A stretch of DNA of 64,000 nt from an uncultured Desulfosarcina sp. GTDB lineage: Bacteria > Desulfobacterota > Desulfobacteria > Desulfobacterales > Desulfosarcinaceae. Made by a program: the position numbers and the translations under genes. The stretch covers positions 2,880,001 through 2,944,000 of the forward strand of contig CAXXWQ010000004.1 in the NCBI GenBank assembly GCA_963674945.2, written 5' to 3'. Positions 1 to 9,436 of the stretch are shown in pieces (within the stretch, counting starts at the first letter, position 1; each line of letters starts with the position of its first letter). The notes below the pieces were generated by a model. It worked only from the letters and a program-made list of their open reading frames with translations, ran no database searches and had not been told where the DNA came from.

Positions 1-156
1 GACCAGCAACCTGTGAATTAAACAATATCTTTTAAATTCAGGTTGTTGTAATGAAAACCGATCCACTGCGCGAATGCTGGAAAGACAAAGGGTCGCGTAT
101 TTGCGTCGGTCTTCGCCAGATGAATCGCGACACTGCATATCTTAACCTGTGCCCTG

Positions 157-1602
157 TCATTCCGAAAGCGATGATTGCCGTTTCTTCGCAGACCGACCGT
201 CGGTTTGGGGAAGGACGATTCCCAACTTCTTAATTTTTCGAAAGAGCGTACTCTTGTGCATGCCCAACGCTTTTGCCGTGGCCAGGCGATTGTAACGATG
301 GCGTTTGAGGGCATTGGTGATGGCGATGGCTTCCGTGGAATCGAGTGTGTGCGCCAGCGAATCCTGGTCTTTCGGTGGCGCACACACCCCGGAAAATCCC
401 TCGGGCAGGTGGCGGGTACAGATGGTGCCGGAAGGGCAAAGCACGAAAGCATGCTCGATGATATTCTCCAGTTCTCGAATATTACCGGGATAGTCGTGAC
501 ACATGAGGATTCTAAGAACATCATCCTCCACCCCGGTAATCATCTTTTTCCGCATCATGTTCATTTTTTCGATGAAGTGCCCGATCAGCAATGGAACATC
601 CTCTTTTCGCTCCCGCAACGGGGGCAGCGTAAGACGAACCACATTGATACGATAGAAAAGATCCTGTCGAAAGTTTCCCTTTGCCACCTGATCGGAGAGA
701 TTTTTATTGGTGGCCGCTATTACGCGAACATCGGTCTTTTCTTTTTTTACCGCCCCCAATGGTGTAAATGCCTGCTCTTCCAGGACGCGTAGCAGCTTCA
801 CCTGAAAGGCAGAGGTGGTGTCTCCAATCTCATCCAGCAAGATGGTTCCCCCGTGGACAACGGAAAAATAGCCAAGCTTGTCTTTTACGGCATTGGTGAA
901 GGCGCCGGATTTGTATCCAAACAATTCGGACTCCAGCAAGGTATCCGGAAGAGCACCGCAGTTGATGGCCACGAAGGGCTTCTCTTTTCGCGGACTGGCT
1001 TCGTGTATGGCCCTGGCCAACAGTTCCTTTCCCGTTCCGGTCTCGCCCTCCAGCAGTATCGTGCTGCCGCTTTCGGCCACCATGGGCAAAATGGCAAGAA
1101 TGTCCCCCATGGCTTCACTGCGGCTGACGATGTCCCCGATTTGGAATCGACCGTCCAGCCGTTTGCGAAGCGCTTCCTCCAGACTTCGGTCCTGAAAGGT
1201 CTCCACGCCTCCCAGAACCTCTCCGCCTCTACCGATTAAAGGAGCCGTTGAAACGGAGATGGGAATCCGCTTCCGATCGCTGGTGATGATGTGGGTGTCA
1301 CTGCTCGTAAAGGAGGAGCCCTCCTTCATGGTCCGCTTCAAGGCGCAGTCGGATTCGCACATATTGGACCGAAACACCTCCCAGCAATGCCGGCCGATGG
1401 CCTCCTCCCGGTCGATTCCCGTGATCCGCTCGGCCGCACGGTTAAAGGACATGATCCGCCAGTGGTGATCGACCGTAAACACTCCATCGGAGATACTTTC
1501 CAAGATGATCTCTGTGACATTTTCCGGAATCGGGGCGCGTTTTCGTCTCATCATTGCGACAGTGGTCGTTGTATACAGTTTTATGGATACGGTTCGATCC
1601 AT
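157..1602 (-). CDS. PAS-domain sigma-54-dependent transcriptional activator, OrpR-like (true start probably ATG 1554/1551)
   Basis: N-terminal PAS with CWEVFRSNMCESDC (C-X8-C-X3-C); Walker A GETGTGKE; GAFTNA loop; DLFYRINV; C-terminal Fis-type HTH. Confidence 0.9.
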   Translation of the reverse strand: MDRTVSIKLYTTTTVAMMRRKRAPIPENVTEIILESISDGVFTVDHHWRIMSFNRAAERITGIDREEAIGRHCWEVFRSNMCESDCALKRTMKEGSSFTSSDTHIITSDRKRIPISVSTAPLIGRGGEVLGGVETFQDRSLEEALRKRLDGRFQIGDIVSRSEAMGDILAILPMVAESGSTILLEGETGTGKELLARAIHEASPRKEKPFVAINCGALPDTLLESELFGYKSGAFTNAVKDKLGYFSVVHGGTILLDEIGDTTSAFQVKLLRVLEEQAFTPLGAVKKEKTDVRVIAATNKNLSDQVAKGNFRQDLFYRINVVRLTLPPLRERKEDVPLLIGHFIEKMNMMRKKMITGVEDDVLRILMCHDYPGNIRELENIIEHAFVLCPSGTICTRHLPEGFSGVCAPPKDQDSLAHTLDSTEAIAITNALKRHRYNRLATAKALGMHKSTLFRKIKKLGIVLPQTDGRSAKKRQSSLSE

Positions 1603-1742
1603 CCCCGAGGGACGCGAACCATTTTTGAGAATATACCCTATTTTGATAAATCATTCCAGAGGGAGTTAAAGCGGTGTCGGATAGGTATAACGGGAGAAGC
1701 CGATATACGCCTCTGTAGTATATCGGCTGGGACCGCCGGCTG

Positions 1743-2144
1743 TTATCCGCAAGGATTATCAATATTGGAATGGTTGCCCGCTGTTACCAAGTGCAGACGG
1801 CATTTTTTTCTTCGCCATCGGTCGAAGGACGCCAGGTGCTCCAGAAGATCCAGGCACTCCATGCGGAGCATTCGGACTTGATAGATGTTCGAGGGCAAGA
1901 TGCGCGTCTTGAAGAAATGGAAGATACTTTTTTTTCCGCAGGGGTCCAGAATGTTCAGAAGGTGGATCAGTCTTTCCACCGTGGGAAAGTAGTCGTTGAT
2001 ATCGATGGGTGTCGAGACCACCTTGTCCGCCAAGGATTTCAGCTCCCGATACGCCTCGTATTGGTCCGTGACGGCGTTCTGGGTTGCCTTCAACGTTGCG
2101 TCCCAGCGTGTTTTCAATTCGGATAGGGTCACATGATCGTCCAT
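1743..2144 (-). CDS. hypothetical protein, 133 aa
   Basis: ATG preceded by AAAGAGGA SD-like sequence; fills the gap between co-directional genes; no motif recognised. Confidence 0.7.
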   Translation of the reverse strand: MDDHVTLSELKTRWDATLKATQNAVTDQYEAYRELKSLADKVVSTPIDINDYFPTVERLIHLLNILDPCGKKSIFHFFKTRILPSNIYQVRMLRMECLDLLEHLASFDRWRRKKCRLHLVTAGNHSNIDNPCG

Positions 2145-2160
2145 GCTATCCTCTTTACCG

Positions 2161-2251
2161 AAAAATGCCGATCATCGCAAACGCTGATAGGGCCTGCCGC
2201 CAAAAGGGTCCAACGGAGAAGACCCTCAAAGCGGCAGACCTGTGGTCGGCA
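2161..2251 (-). terminator. long hairpin with U-tail (terminator/attenuator-like)
   Basis: Minus-strand nested arms TGCCGA/TCGGCA, CTGCCGC/GCGGCAG, AGGGTC/GACCCT followed by TTTTT. Confidence 0.5.
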
Positions 2252-2487
2252 GCACGGTTTTTCAGGTCCGCTACCCCAGACGAACCCGACCCCCGCAATG
2301 CCTTTCAACAACGAAAAAGCGTTTCCAGGCCAAGCTACGATATGGCAAGGAACGAATTTTTCAATTTTTACCGATAGCCAAAAGGGGGAACCGCTTTTTG
2401 TGAAAAAATTCTTTATTGATTCGTTCCTTATGGTGTCTGTCCAGAAACAGGCAAAATTGGTCCTTTCTGGATGGGCACTGTCTATCC

Positions 2488-3810
2488 TTACATGGCCGTT
2501 TCCGGATGAAACACATTCACCTCTTTCAGATCATCACCCAGATATTCCCTCTCGTTGGGCCCCAATATACCCAAAGAGAGACAGATGAGGGTCCACAGGT
2601 GAACCACCGGATATCCGCCGCCGTAATGTTCGCTCAGCTCGTGAATCTGGGCGTGGCAGTTGTGGCAGGCGGCGATGCAATAATCGGCGCCTGTGGCCTT
2701 GATTTGCTGATCCTTGATCATGCCGTACTTGAGTCGCTGTTCCTTGAATCCGGATTGCAGGAAACCGCCGCCCCCCCCACAGCAGAAATTATTGGATCGG
2801 TTGGGCTGCATGTCGATAAAATTTTCCTCACCGACGATCGATTTGACCACGAAGCGAAGATCATCAGCAACGGGGTCCCCATAGCTTTTCCGAACGATCT
2901 GGCAAGGATCCTGAACCGTGAACTTGATCTTCAGGTCTTTGTTCCAGTCCGAATTAACCTTGAGTTTACCTTCACGGATCCATTTTGCATAATATTCGTA
3001 TATGCTTTTTACTTCGAAGTTGTGCTCGAGATTGAATTTTTTCAGTCCGGCCCGGACTGAGAAGGTCACGTGCCCTCACTCGGTGTTGAGAAAGGTCTTC
3101 ACCCCCAATTTATTGGCCTGGTTGACCGTCGTCCGTGTGACATGCTCCCAGGCGTCGTCGTCGGCCAGAAACATGCAGTAGTTTTCTCCGGCCCATCCCT
3201 CACTGCCATAGGTCCAGTCCACACCGGCCACATGCAGGATCTTCCAAAGCGGGACAAGCTCATCGGGCTCGGTCACCGGCTCCCTGGAATTTTGGTTCAG
3301 AAAAAACTCGGCGCCCTGTTTGTCGATGGGAGCCTTCATATCGGCAAATTCCGGTTGCGCCTCCTGGTACTCTTCCAGGACGTCTTCGACGACGAAGACG
3401 AAATCATCCGGTGATGTTCCCATGGCGCTCCCGCTGGCGTTTCGAAGGGCCATATCGCAGGATCCCAAAATTCCCTTGGGGCGTTCCTCTCTGGGTCGCA
3501 GGGCTCTGGCGTTGTAAATTAGCTGGGGAATGTCGATTTTCATGGGACAAACGTAAATGCATCGCTGGCACATGGTGCACATCCACGGCCAGTTCGACTT
3601 GGCGATCTCGTCATCCAGGCCCAATGCCGCCATGCGTAAGAACTTGCGCGGATCCATCTCATCCAGCCCCGTTGCCGGGCAACCGGACGAACATGCACCG
3701 CAGGTCAGGCAAAGATTCAAATTGCCTCCGTCGGGCAGTATCTCCTTGACCTTTTCCATAAAGGTACTTTTTTTCATTGTACCGCCCAATTGAATGAGCT
3801 CACCAGTCAT
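2488..3810 (-). CDS. HdrD/DsrK-like (Fe-S)-binding oxidoreductase, probable selenoprotein (Sec at codon 245, TGA 3076-3078), 440 aa
   Basis: ORFs 3076..3810 and 2488..3069 are in the same frame; read-through gives NTE-U-GH matching the ECGH motif; CLTCGACSSGCP, CTMCQRCIYVCP, DPCQ, CCGGGGG, ACHNC; SD AGGAGG. Confidence 0.88.
3042..3060 (-). promoter_or_regulatory. SECIS-like hairpin
   Basis: mRNA UCAGUCC-GGGCC-GGACUGA; 15 nt lie between the in-frame UGA and the stem; G-first apical loop. Confidence 0.7.
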
Positions 3811-3933
3811 TGATTTCGCCTCCTGTTTTGTTGTTTGTATCGTTATAAGATTCTTACGGAGAAACGATTTGAGGGCATAACGACCGGCTCGTGTATCGAC
3901 CTTTGGCCGCAGTATCCCAAAGAGGAATATAGC

Positions 3934-3949
3934 AGCACAAAACGTGCCT
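3934..3949 (-). promoter_or_regulatory. sigma-54 -24/-12 promoter
   Basis: AGGCACGTTTTGTGCT (GG-N10-GC) about 125 nt upstream of ATG 3810. Confidence 0.7.
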
Positions 3950-4032
3950 TTTCAAACGGACTGCCGATTTTAGAATTACCTCATCATTTCAAATTGTTGA
4001 GCCAAACCCGAATTCAGATCAGATCAAACTGT

Positions 4033-4048
4033 GTCGCATTCATGCAAC
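4033..4048. promoter_or_regulatory. candidate enhancer (activator binding) palindrome
   Basis: GTCGCA-TTCA-TGCAAC, imperfect dyad 85-100 bp upstream of the sigma-54 site. Confidence 0.45.
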
Positions 4049-4225
4049 CCTGTATACACTGCCAGATTCTGATTTTGCGACTCTTTGAGATCTCTTTTCA
4101 CGGACGATCGGTTTGCCCGAGGTCTGTTTTGGATGAAAAATTCCCTTGACGTTTTCTGAGACGATGCTTAATAATCATTTGCGCATAAAAACGCGACCCG
4201 AAACGAATTGATAAAGGCAAAAATC

Positions 4226-5080
4226 ATGATCGTAAGTATCGCCAGCGGGAAAGGTGGCACAGGAAAGACCACAGTCGCAACCAATCTGGCCGTTTCCATC
4301 GACGGACCGGTACAATTGCTGGACTGTGACGTCGAAGAGCCCAACGCCCACCTGTTTTTGCGACCGACCATCGAAAAAACCCGGACCGTTACCACGCCGG
4401 TTCCCGACATCGACCTGAAAAAATGTGACCAATGTAAAAAATGCATGGAGATCTGCCGGTTCAAGGCCATCGCCGTCGTCGGAGAGATGGTGCTCACTTT
4501 CCCCGAGCTCTGTCACAGCTGCGGTGGTTGCATGGCGATCTGTCCCAACGGGGCCATCACGGAAACGGGAAGGGAGCTGGGCGTTTTGGAAACCGGCGCA
4601 GCCAACGGTGTTCGCTTTGTGCACGGACGAATACGTGTGGGCGAAGCCATGGCCCCGCCGCTCATCCGGGAAGTCCGCCAGTGCATCCATGATGATGGGT
4701 TGACGCTGATCGATGCTCCGCCGGGTACATCCTGTCCGGTAATCGCCGCCATGAAGGATACGGATTTCGTCCTGCTGGTCACCGAGCCGACCCCTTTTGG
4801 TCTGCATGATCTGAAACTGGCCGTTGAGGCGGTCAAGATCCTGAAGATCCCCATGGGGCTGGTCATCAATCGCAGTGACATGGGAGACGATGCGGTCCAA
4901 GAGTACGCCAAGGCCGAGGGCATACCCATTTTGATGGAGATTCCTTTCATTCGGCAGATTGCCGAATGCTACTCCCGCGGAGAACTCTTCGCGTTGGTCA
5001 TTCCCCAATGGAAGAACCGTTTTCGTCGACTGGCGGAGCAGATCGCATCCTTGTCCGGAAAGGGGACGGGAGAACAATGA
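4226..5080 (+). CDS. MinD/ParA-family P-loop ATPase with 4Fe-4S domain (Orp-like)
   Basis: SGKGGTGKTT, DCDVEEPN, two CxxCxxCxxxC motifs, DAPPGTSCP. Confidence 0.92.
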   Translation: MIVSIASGKGGTGKTTVATNLAVSIDGPVQLLDCDVEEPNAHLFLRPTIEKTRTVTTPVPDIDLKKCDQCKKCMEICRFKAIAVVGEMVLTFPELCHSCGGCMAICPNGAITETGRELGVLETGAANGVRFVHGRIRVGEAMAPPLIREVRQCIHDDGLTLIDAPPGTSCPVIAAMKDTDFVLLVTEPTPFGLHDLKLAVEAVKILKIPMGLVINRSDMGDDAVQEYAKAEGIPILMEIPFIRQIAECYSRGELFALVIPQWKNRFRRLAEQIASLSGKGTGEQ

Positions 5081-5952
5081 AAGAACTGGTAATTTTGAGT
5101 GGAAAAGGGGGAACCGGAAAAACCAGCATCACGGCATCGTTTGCCACACTGATCTCCAATGGCCTGCTTTGCGATGCCGATGTGGATGCGGCCGATCTCC
5201 ATTTACTGATGCAACCCGAGATTCTCGAAACCAACGATTTTCAGGGGGGAGGGATTGCGATCATCGATCCCCAGCGTTGTACCCAATGCGGCACATGCAT
5301 CGATATGTGCCGCTTCTCGGCCATTGGATCGGACTTCGTGGTGGATGACATCGCCTGTGAAGGGTGCGGCGTCTGTGTGGACTTTTGTCCGGAACATGCC
5401 ATCGATTTTCCGGCGAGAACCTGTGGTCAGTGGTTCATCTCCCGAACCCGGTTCGGCCCCATGGTCCATGCCAGGCTGGGAATTGCCGAAGAAAACTCGG
5501 GGAAACTGGTGACCCTGGTCAGGCAAAAGGCCAAACAAATGGCCGAAAAAGAAAACCACGAAATGATCCTCACCGACGGCCCGCCGGGGGTGGGCTGTCC
5601 GGTCATCGCCTCTGTTGGCGGCGCATCGAGTGTGTTGATCGTCACCGAACCGACCGTTTCCGGAATCCATGATATGTCCCGGGCGGTGGAACTGTGCAAA
5701 CATTTCAAGGTTCCGGTCATGATCTGCATCAACAAATTCGATCTGAATACGGAAAACACCGAGGCCATCGAAAAGATGGCAACGGAAAATGAGGTGCCCG
5801 TGGTGGGTCGCATTCCCTTCGACCCCACCTTCACCCGGGCCATGGTGCAGGGAAAGACACTCTTGGAATTCGACGGCAACGCAGCCGCCAGCGATTATAT
5901 TCGTCGCTTGTGGGATGCGGTTATGCAAACACCGGCCATGATGGCCCAATAA
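5077..5952 (+). CDS. second MinD/ParA-family ATPase with 4Fe-4S domain (Orp-like)
   Basis: SGKGGTGKTS, DADVDAADL, CTQCGTCIDMC, CEGCGVCVDFCP, DGPPGVGCP; ATGA overlap with the previous gene. Confidence 0.92.
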   Translation: MKELVILSGKGGTGKTSITASFATLISNGLLCDADVDAADLHLLMQPEILETNDFQGGGIAIIDPQRCTQCGTCIDMCRFSAIGSDFVVDDIACEGCGVCVDFCPEHAIDFPARTCGQWFISRTRFGPMVHARLGIAEENSGKLVTLVRQKAKQMAEKENHEMILTDGPPGVGCPVIASVGGASSVLIVTEPTVSGIHDMSRAVELCKHFKVPVMICINKFDLNTENTEAIEKMATENEVPVVGRIPFDPTFTRAMVQGKTLLEFDGNAAASDYIRRLWDAVMQTPAMMAQ

Positions 5953-5982
5953 ATTGATATTATCGTAAAGGAGTATTGAACC

Positions 5983-6369
5983 ATGGAAAATGGAAGAATC
6001 GCCATCCCCTCGATGGCAGACGGCGGCCTCGATGGCAAACGGGCCGGCCACTTCGGCCACTGCGATACCTTTACCTTCGTGGACGTGAAGGACGGTGTCA
6101 TCGACAATGTAACCACCATCGCAAACAGAGAACACGTCCAGGGAGGTTGCATGGTACCGGTCAACTTGCTGGCAGACAACCAGGTCAACGCATTGATCGT
6201 GGGCGGCATCGGCATGCGCCCCCTGATGGGGTTCCGGCAGGTTGGCATCGAAGTCTACCATGACGATCAGCGTCCGGACATTCGTCCGGTTGTCGAGGAT
6301 TTAATCGCCGGGAAACTGGCCATCATCACAGACAATCAGGTTTGTGGAGGCGGTGGCGGTCAATTATAG
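5983..6369 (+). CDS. NifB/NifX (MTH1175)-family protein
   Basis: RIAIP...HFGHC, HVQGGC, GGIG, C-terminal CGGG. Confidence 0.88.
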   Translation: MENGRIAIPSMADGGLDGKRAGHFGHCDTFTFVDVKDGVIDNVTTIANREHVQGGCMVPVNLLADNQVNALIVGGIGMRPLMGFRQVGIEVYHDDQRPDIRPVVEDLIAGKLAIITDNQVCGGGGGQL

Positions 6370-6380
6370 GAGGTCACTAC

Positions 6381-6740
6381 ATGAAAATCGCCGTAACATC
6401 CACGGGACAGGATCTGGACTCCCCCATTGATCCCCGCTTCGGCCGGGCCGCATACATTCTCATCGTTGACAGCGACACCATGGCGTACGAGGTGCTGGAC
6501 AACGCCGAAAATGTGAACGCATTCAAGGGCGCCGGTATTCAGGCGGCGACCATGATCAGTGAAAAAAAAGCAGACGTTTTACTGACCGGCTTTTGCGGCC
6601 CCAATGCATTCAAGACGCTCGAGGCGGCAGGGGTAAAGGTGGGCGGAGATGTCAACGGAACCGTTCGACAGGCAGTGATGGATTATAAGGACGGAAAGGT
6701 TCATTTGACTTCCGCCCCGAATACCGAGGGGCACTGGTAA
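6381..6740 (+). CDS. NifB/NifX (MTH1175/Orange protein)-family protein
   Basis: MKIAVTS, DPRFGRA, GAGIQAA, TGFCGPNA; SD AGGAGG. Confidence 0.9.
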   Translation: MKIAVTSTGQDLDSPIDPRFGRAAYILIVDSDTMAYEVLDNAENVNAFKGAGIQAATMISEKKADVLLTGFCGPNAFKTLEAAGVKVGGDVNGTVRQAVMDYKDGKVHLTSAPNTEGHW

Positions 6741-6788
6741 ACTCTCAATCGCGAAGGGGATATGATCTAAATTCATCGAAACGAATTC

Positions 6789-6824
6789 GCCGGAGGGTGT
6801 AACGTTCTGTTTGCGCCCTCCGGT
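6789..6824. terminator. hairpin between convergent genes
   Basis: CCGGAGGGTG...CGCCCTCCGG followed by TTTCTT. Confidence 0.65.
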
Positions 6825-6827
6825 TTC

Positions 6828-7685
6828 TTATTCCGTCAAAGCACTCACGAACTCATTTTGGGGAACGTCTCTGCCGGTCCATAACAGAAAGGTGCGCCGG
6901 GCCTGAAAAGCAAGGGCGGACAGCCCATCCATGAATCGGCAATCCGATTTTTCTGCCAATTTCTTCCAGATATTTTTCCGAGCACCATAGTTAAGATCGA
7001 ATACCATCTGACAGCCGTCAACGTTCATGTTGTCGGCAAAGTCAGCCAATTGTTCGGATTCATCCGGGCTGGAAATCGATGTGGCATTGATGACCAGGTC
7101 AACGGGCAGGGAAACGTTTGCCAAAGCCTCCAACCGCATCGGTGAGCCACCGAAATGTTCGGCAAGGCGCAAGGTCTTTTCACGGTCCCGACCGGTAATG
7201 GTGATGGATTGTGCGCGCAGCCAATTGAGGATGAAAACGACGGCTCGCGCAGCCCCGCCGGTTCCGATGACCAAGGCCCGTTTCCCGGCAATCTCGAACT
7301 TGACATCGTTTAAAGCATCCATGATGCCGATGGCGTTTGTGTTGTAGCCTTTCAGCCCGCCATCTTTACAAACGATGGTATTCACGGCACCGATGATGTT
7401 GGCACCTTCGGAGAGCACATCAAGGTATGGAAGAACCTTTTCCTTGAAAGGAGCGGTAATGTTGGCACCGGCAATGTTGAGCACCGAAAGACTCTCCAGC
7501 GCCTTGCCGATGTTGTTTTCCTGAACCATGAACGGGACATAGGCCCCGTTGATGCCTGTTCGATTCAATATCCGGGTAAACAACGATGGTGATCTGGATC
7601 GAAACACCCGCTGATTGCTGATGATACAAAATACCTTTGTCTGAAGCGCGTGTTTCTCTTCCATGAATCGCAATGCCCGTGTCAT
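6828..7685 (-). CDS. aroE: shikimate dehydrogenase
   Basis: SRSP, GANITAPFK, GAVNT, GYNTN, GTGGAARA, INAT, DLNY. Confidence 0.85.
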   Translation of the reverse strand: MTRALRFMEEKHALQTKVFCIISNQRVFRSRSPSLFTRILNRTGINGAYVPFMVQENNIGKALESLSVLNIAGANITAPFKEKVLPYLDVLSEGANIIGAVNTIVCKDGGLKGYNTNAIGIMDALNDVKFEIAGKRALVIGTGGAARAVVFILNWLRAQSITITGRDREKTLRLAEHFGGSPMRLEALANVSLPVDLVINATSISSPDESEQLADFADNMNVDGCQMVFDLNYGARKNIWKKLAEKSDCRFMDGLSALAFQARRTFLLWTGRDVPQNEFVSALTE

Positions 7686-7976
7686 GTAAAATCATGTTGG
7701 AAAAGAAGAAAAGTACGCCCCCGAATCCAGCACATCCGACCCCTGTCTTTTCTGATCCGTGATTGTTGCGGAAAACCCGGCAAAATTGATCCCAGTGGAT
7801 GTGTGGATCCGGAAACGTCCACCCATGGCCAAGGACGCAACCCCTTTTACGTCCTCTGGCCATGGCAATGGGTATCGGGAACATTCAGCGATGGTGGCGG
7901 CCCGAGCGACTGTCGCTTGGACGCGGTCTGGGACACGATATCCATCACCACCGCCGTCGGTTTCTTGGAACCGAAA

Positions 7977-8366
7977 TCACAGGTTCAACAACCCTTTCAG
8001 GCTTTGGGTAATCTCCTCTGCGGATGCAGGCTTGGGAAGATAGTCATCGGCCTCCATGCTCATGCCGTCGTAATGGGAATACCGTGTTGAAGAGACGTGG
8101 GATGCCACTGCGGTGAGCATGATGATAGGAATGTCCGCGAACTTTTGGTCACTTTTCAACTCCTTGCAGACCTCGTACCCATCTTTTTCCGGCATCATGA
8201 CGTCCAAAACAATGGCGTCCGGTGGGTTGGCATGCACCTTTTCCAGGCCCTGAACGCCGTCGTAGGCGATTTCTACTTCGAAACCTTCCTTCTCCAGATT
8301 TCCCTGAACGATGGAGCAGAAATCAGGCTCATCGTCCACAACCAAAATTCTTTTTTTTTCACTCAT
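7977..8366 (-). CDS. single-domain response regulator
   Basis: VVDDE, LDVMMP, MLTA, KP receiver motifs. Confidence 0.92.
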   Translation of the reverse strand: MSEKKRILVVDDEPDFCSIVQGNLEKEGFEVEIAYDGVQGLEKVHANPPDAIVLDVMMPEKDGYEVCKELKSDQKFADIPIIMLTAVASHVSSTRYSHYDGMSMEADDYLPKPASAEEITQSLKGLLNL

Positions 8367-8494
8367 AACCTATCTCCTTTATTTCAGCTGATTACAGTTA
8401 ACCAGCAGCCTGAGCGAAGCCTCATGACAAAATGCAACGAAGTATCGGTAAGTGACCCCATGGCAAGGGTCTCCAACTGCTCCTTATTTCCGGA

Positions 8495-9436
8495 CTATTC
8501 CACTTGCGGACGCGGCAGCACGTTAGCGCGCTCGGCAATCTCCGGCACCTTGTGTTCCCATTCGATGGCCATGAGGTGAACGCCGGCAACACCTTCCATC
8601 TCCTTGAACTCCTCGATCTGCTCGATGGCGAATTTGATTCCCTCTTCGGCCATCTTTCCTTTTCCGGCACCCTTTAACCGCTCGATGATCTCCTCGGGGA
8701 CATCCATGCCCGGAACATTCTTGGCCATGTACTGGGCCATTCGGGCACTCTTCATGGGGGTGACACCGGCCAGGATGTATGCCCTCTCTGTAAGGCCCAT
8801 GTCGACGGCCTTTTTCATGAAATCACGGAATCGGGGCATGTTGTAGATACACTGCGTCTGGATGAAATCTGCCCCTGCATCGATTTTGTTCGCAAGCCGA
8901 TAGATGCGGAATTCGTAGGGATCGGCAAATGGGTTGGCCGCCGCACCGATAAACATTTTCGGTGGTTCATCGATCTCCTCCTCGTTGAGAAATTTCCCCT
9001 CGTCCCGCATCTTTTTCACCATGGCGATCAGCTGCATGGAGTCGATGTCGTATACGTTTTTCGATTGTGGATGATTACCGAATTTCTGGTGATCTCCGGA
9101 TAGGCAGAGCATATTTTTCACACCGAGTGAATAGACGCCTAATATATCGGCCATCATGGCCAGACGATTTCTGTCCCGACAGACCATCTGAAAGTTCGGT
9201 TCGATGCCGTTTGCGACCATGATGGCGGAAGCCGCCATACTGCACATACGGACGACGGCGGTCTGGTTGTCGGTCACGTTTACCGCATCCACCTTTCCCC
9301 GAAGGTGTTCGAATTTCTCCTTTAAATGCTCGACATTGGCGCCTTTGGGTGGACCGCATTCTCCGGTAAATGCAAAATGGCCCGCTTTGAGTACTTTCTC
9401 CAGATTGCTTCCTGACTTAAGACCGTTATTACTCAT
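8495..9436 (-). CDS. metF: methylenetetrahydrofolate reductase
   Basis: ECGPPKG, NVTDN, CRDRN, SGDH, FIQTQ. Confidence 0.93.
   Translation of the reverse strand: MSNNGLKSGSNLEKVLKAGHFAFTGECGPPKGANVEHLKEKFEHLRGKVDAVNVTDNQTAVVRMCSMAASAIMVANGIEPNFQMVCRDRNRLAMMADILGVYSLGVKNMLCLSGDHQKFGNHPQSKNVYDIDSMQLIAMVKKMRDEGKFLNEEEIDEPPKMFIGAAANPFADPYEFRIYRLANKIDAGADFIQTQCIYNMPRFRDFMKKAVDMGLTERAYILAGVTPMKSARMAQYMAKNVPGMDVPEEIIERLKGAGKGKMAEEGIKFAIEQIEEFKEMEGVAGVHLMAIEWEHKVPEIAERANVLPRPQVE

Noticed and set aside
2488..3069. Separate 193-aa gene with a GTG start
   Set aside because: In frame with the upstream ORF and lacks an SD; better read as the C-terminal half after Sec
5203..6261. Long antisense ORFs (also 4175-5077, 11725-12636, 25615-26532, 40435-41418, 55784-56827)
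   Set aside because: Shadows of well-supported genes on the opposite strand, with no motifs
7823..7865. Hairpin CCATGGCCA-AGGACG/CGTCCT-TGGCCATGG
   Set aside because: Adequately explained as an ordinary 3' stem after the met operon; no riboswitch motif recognised
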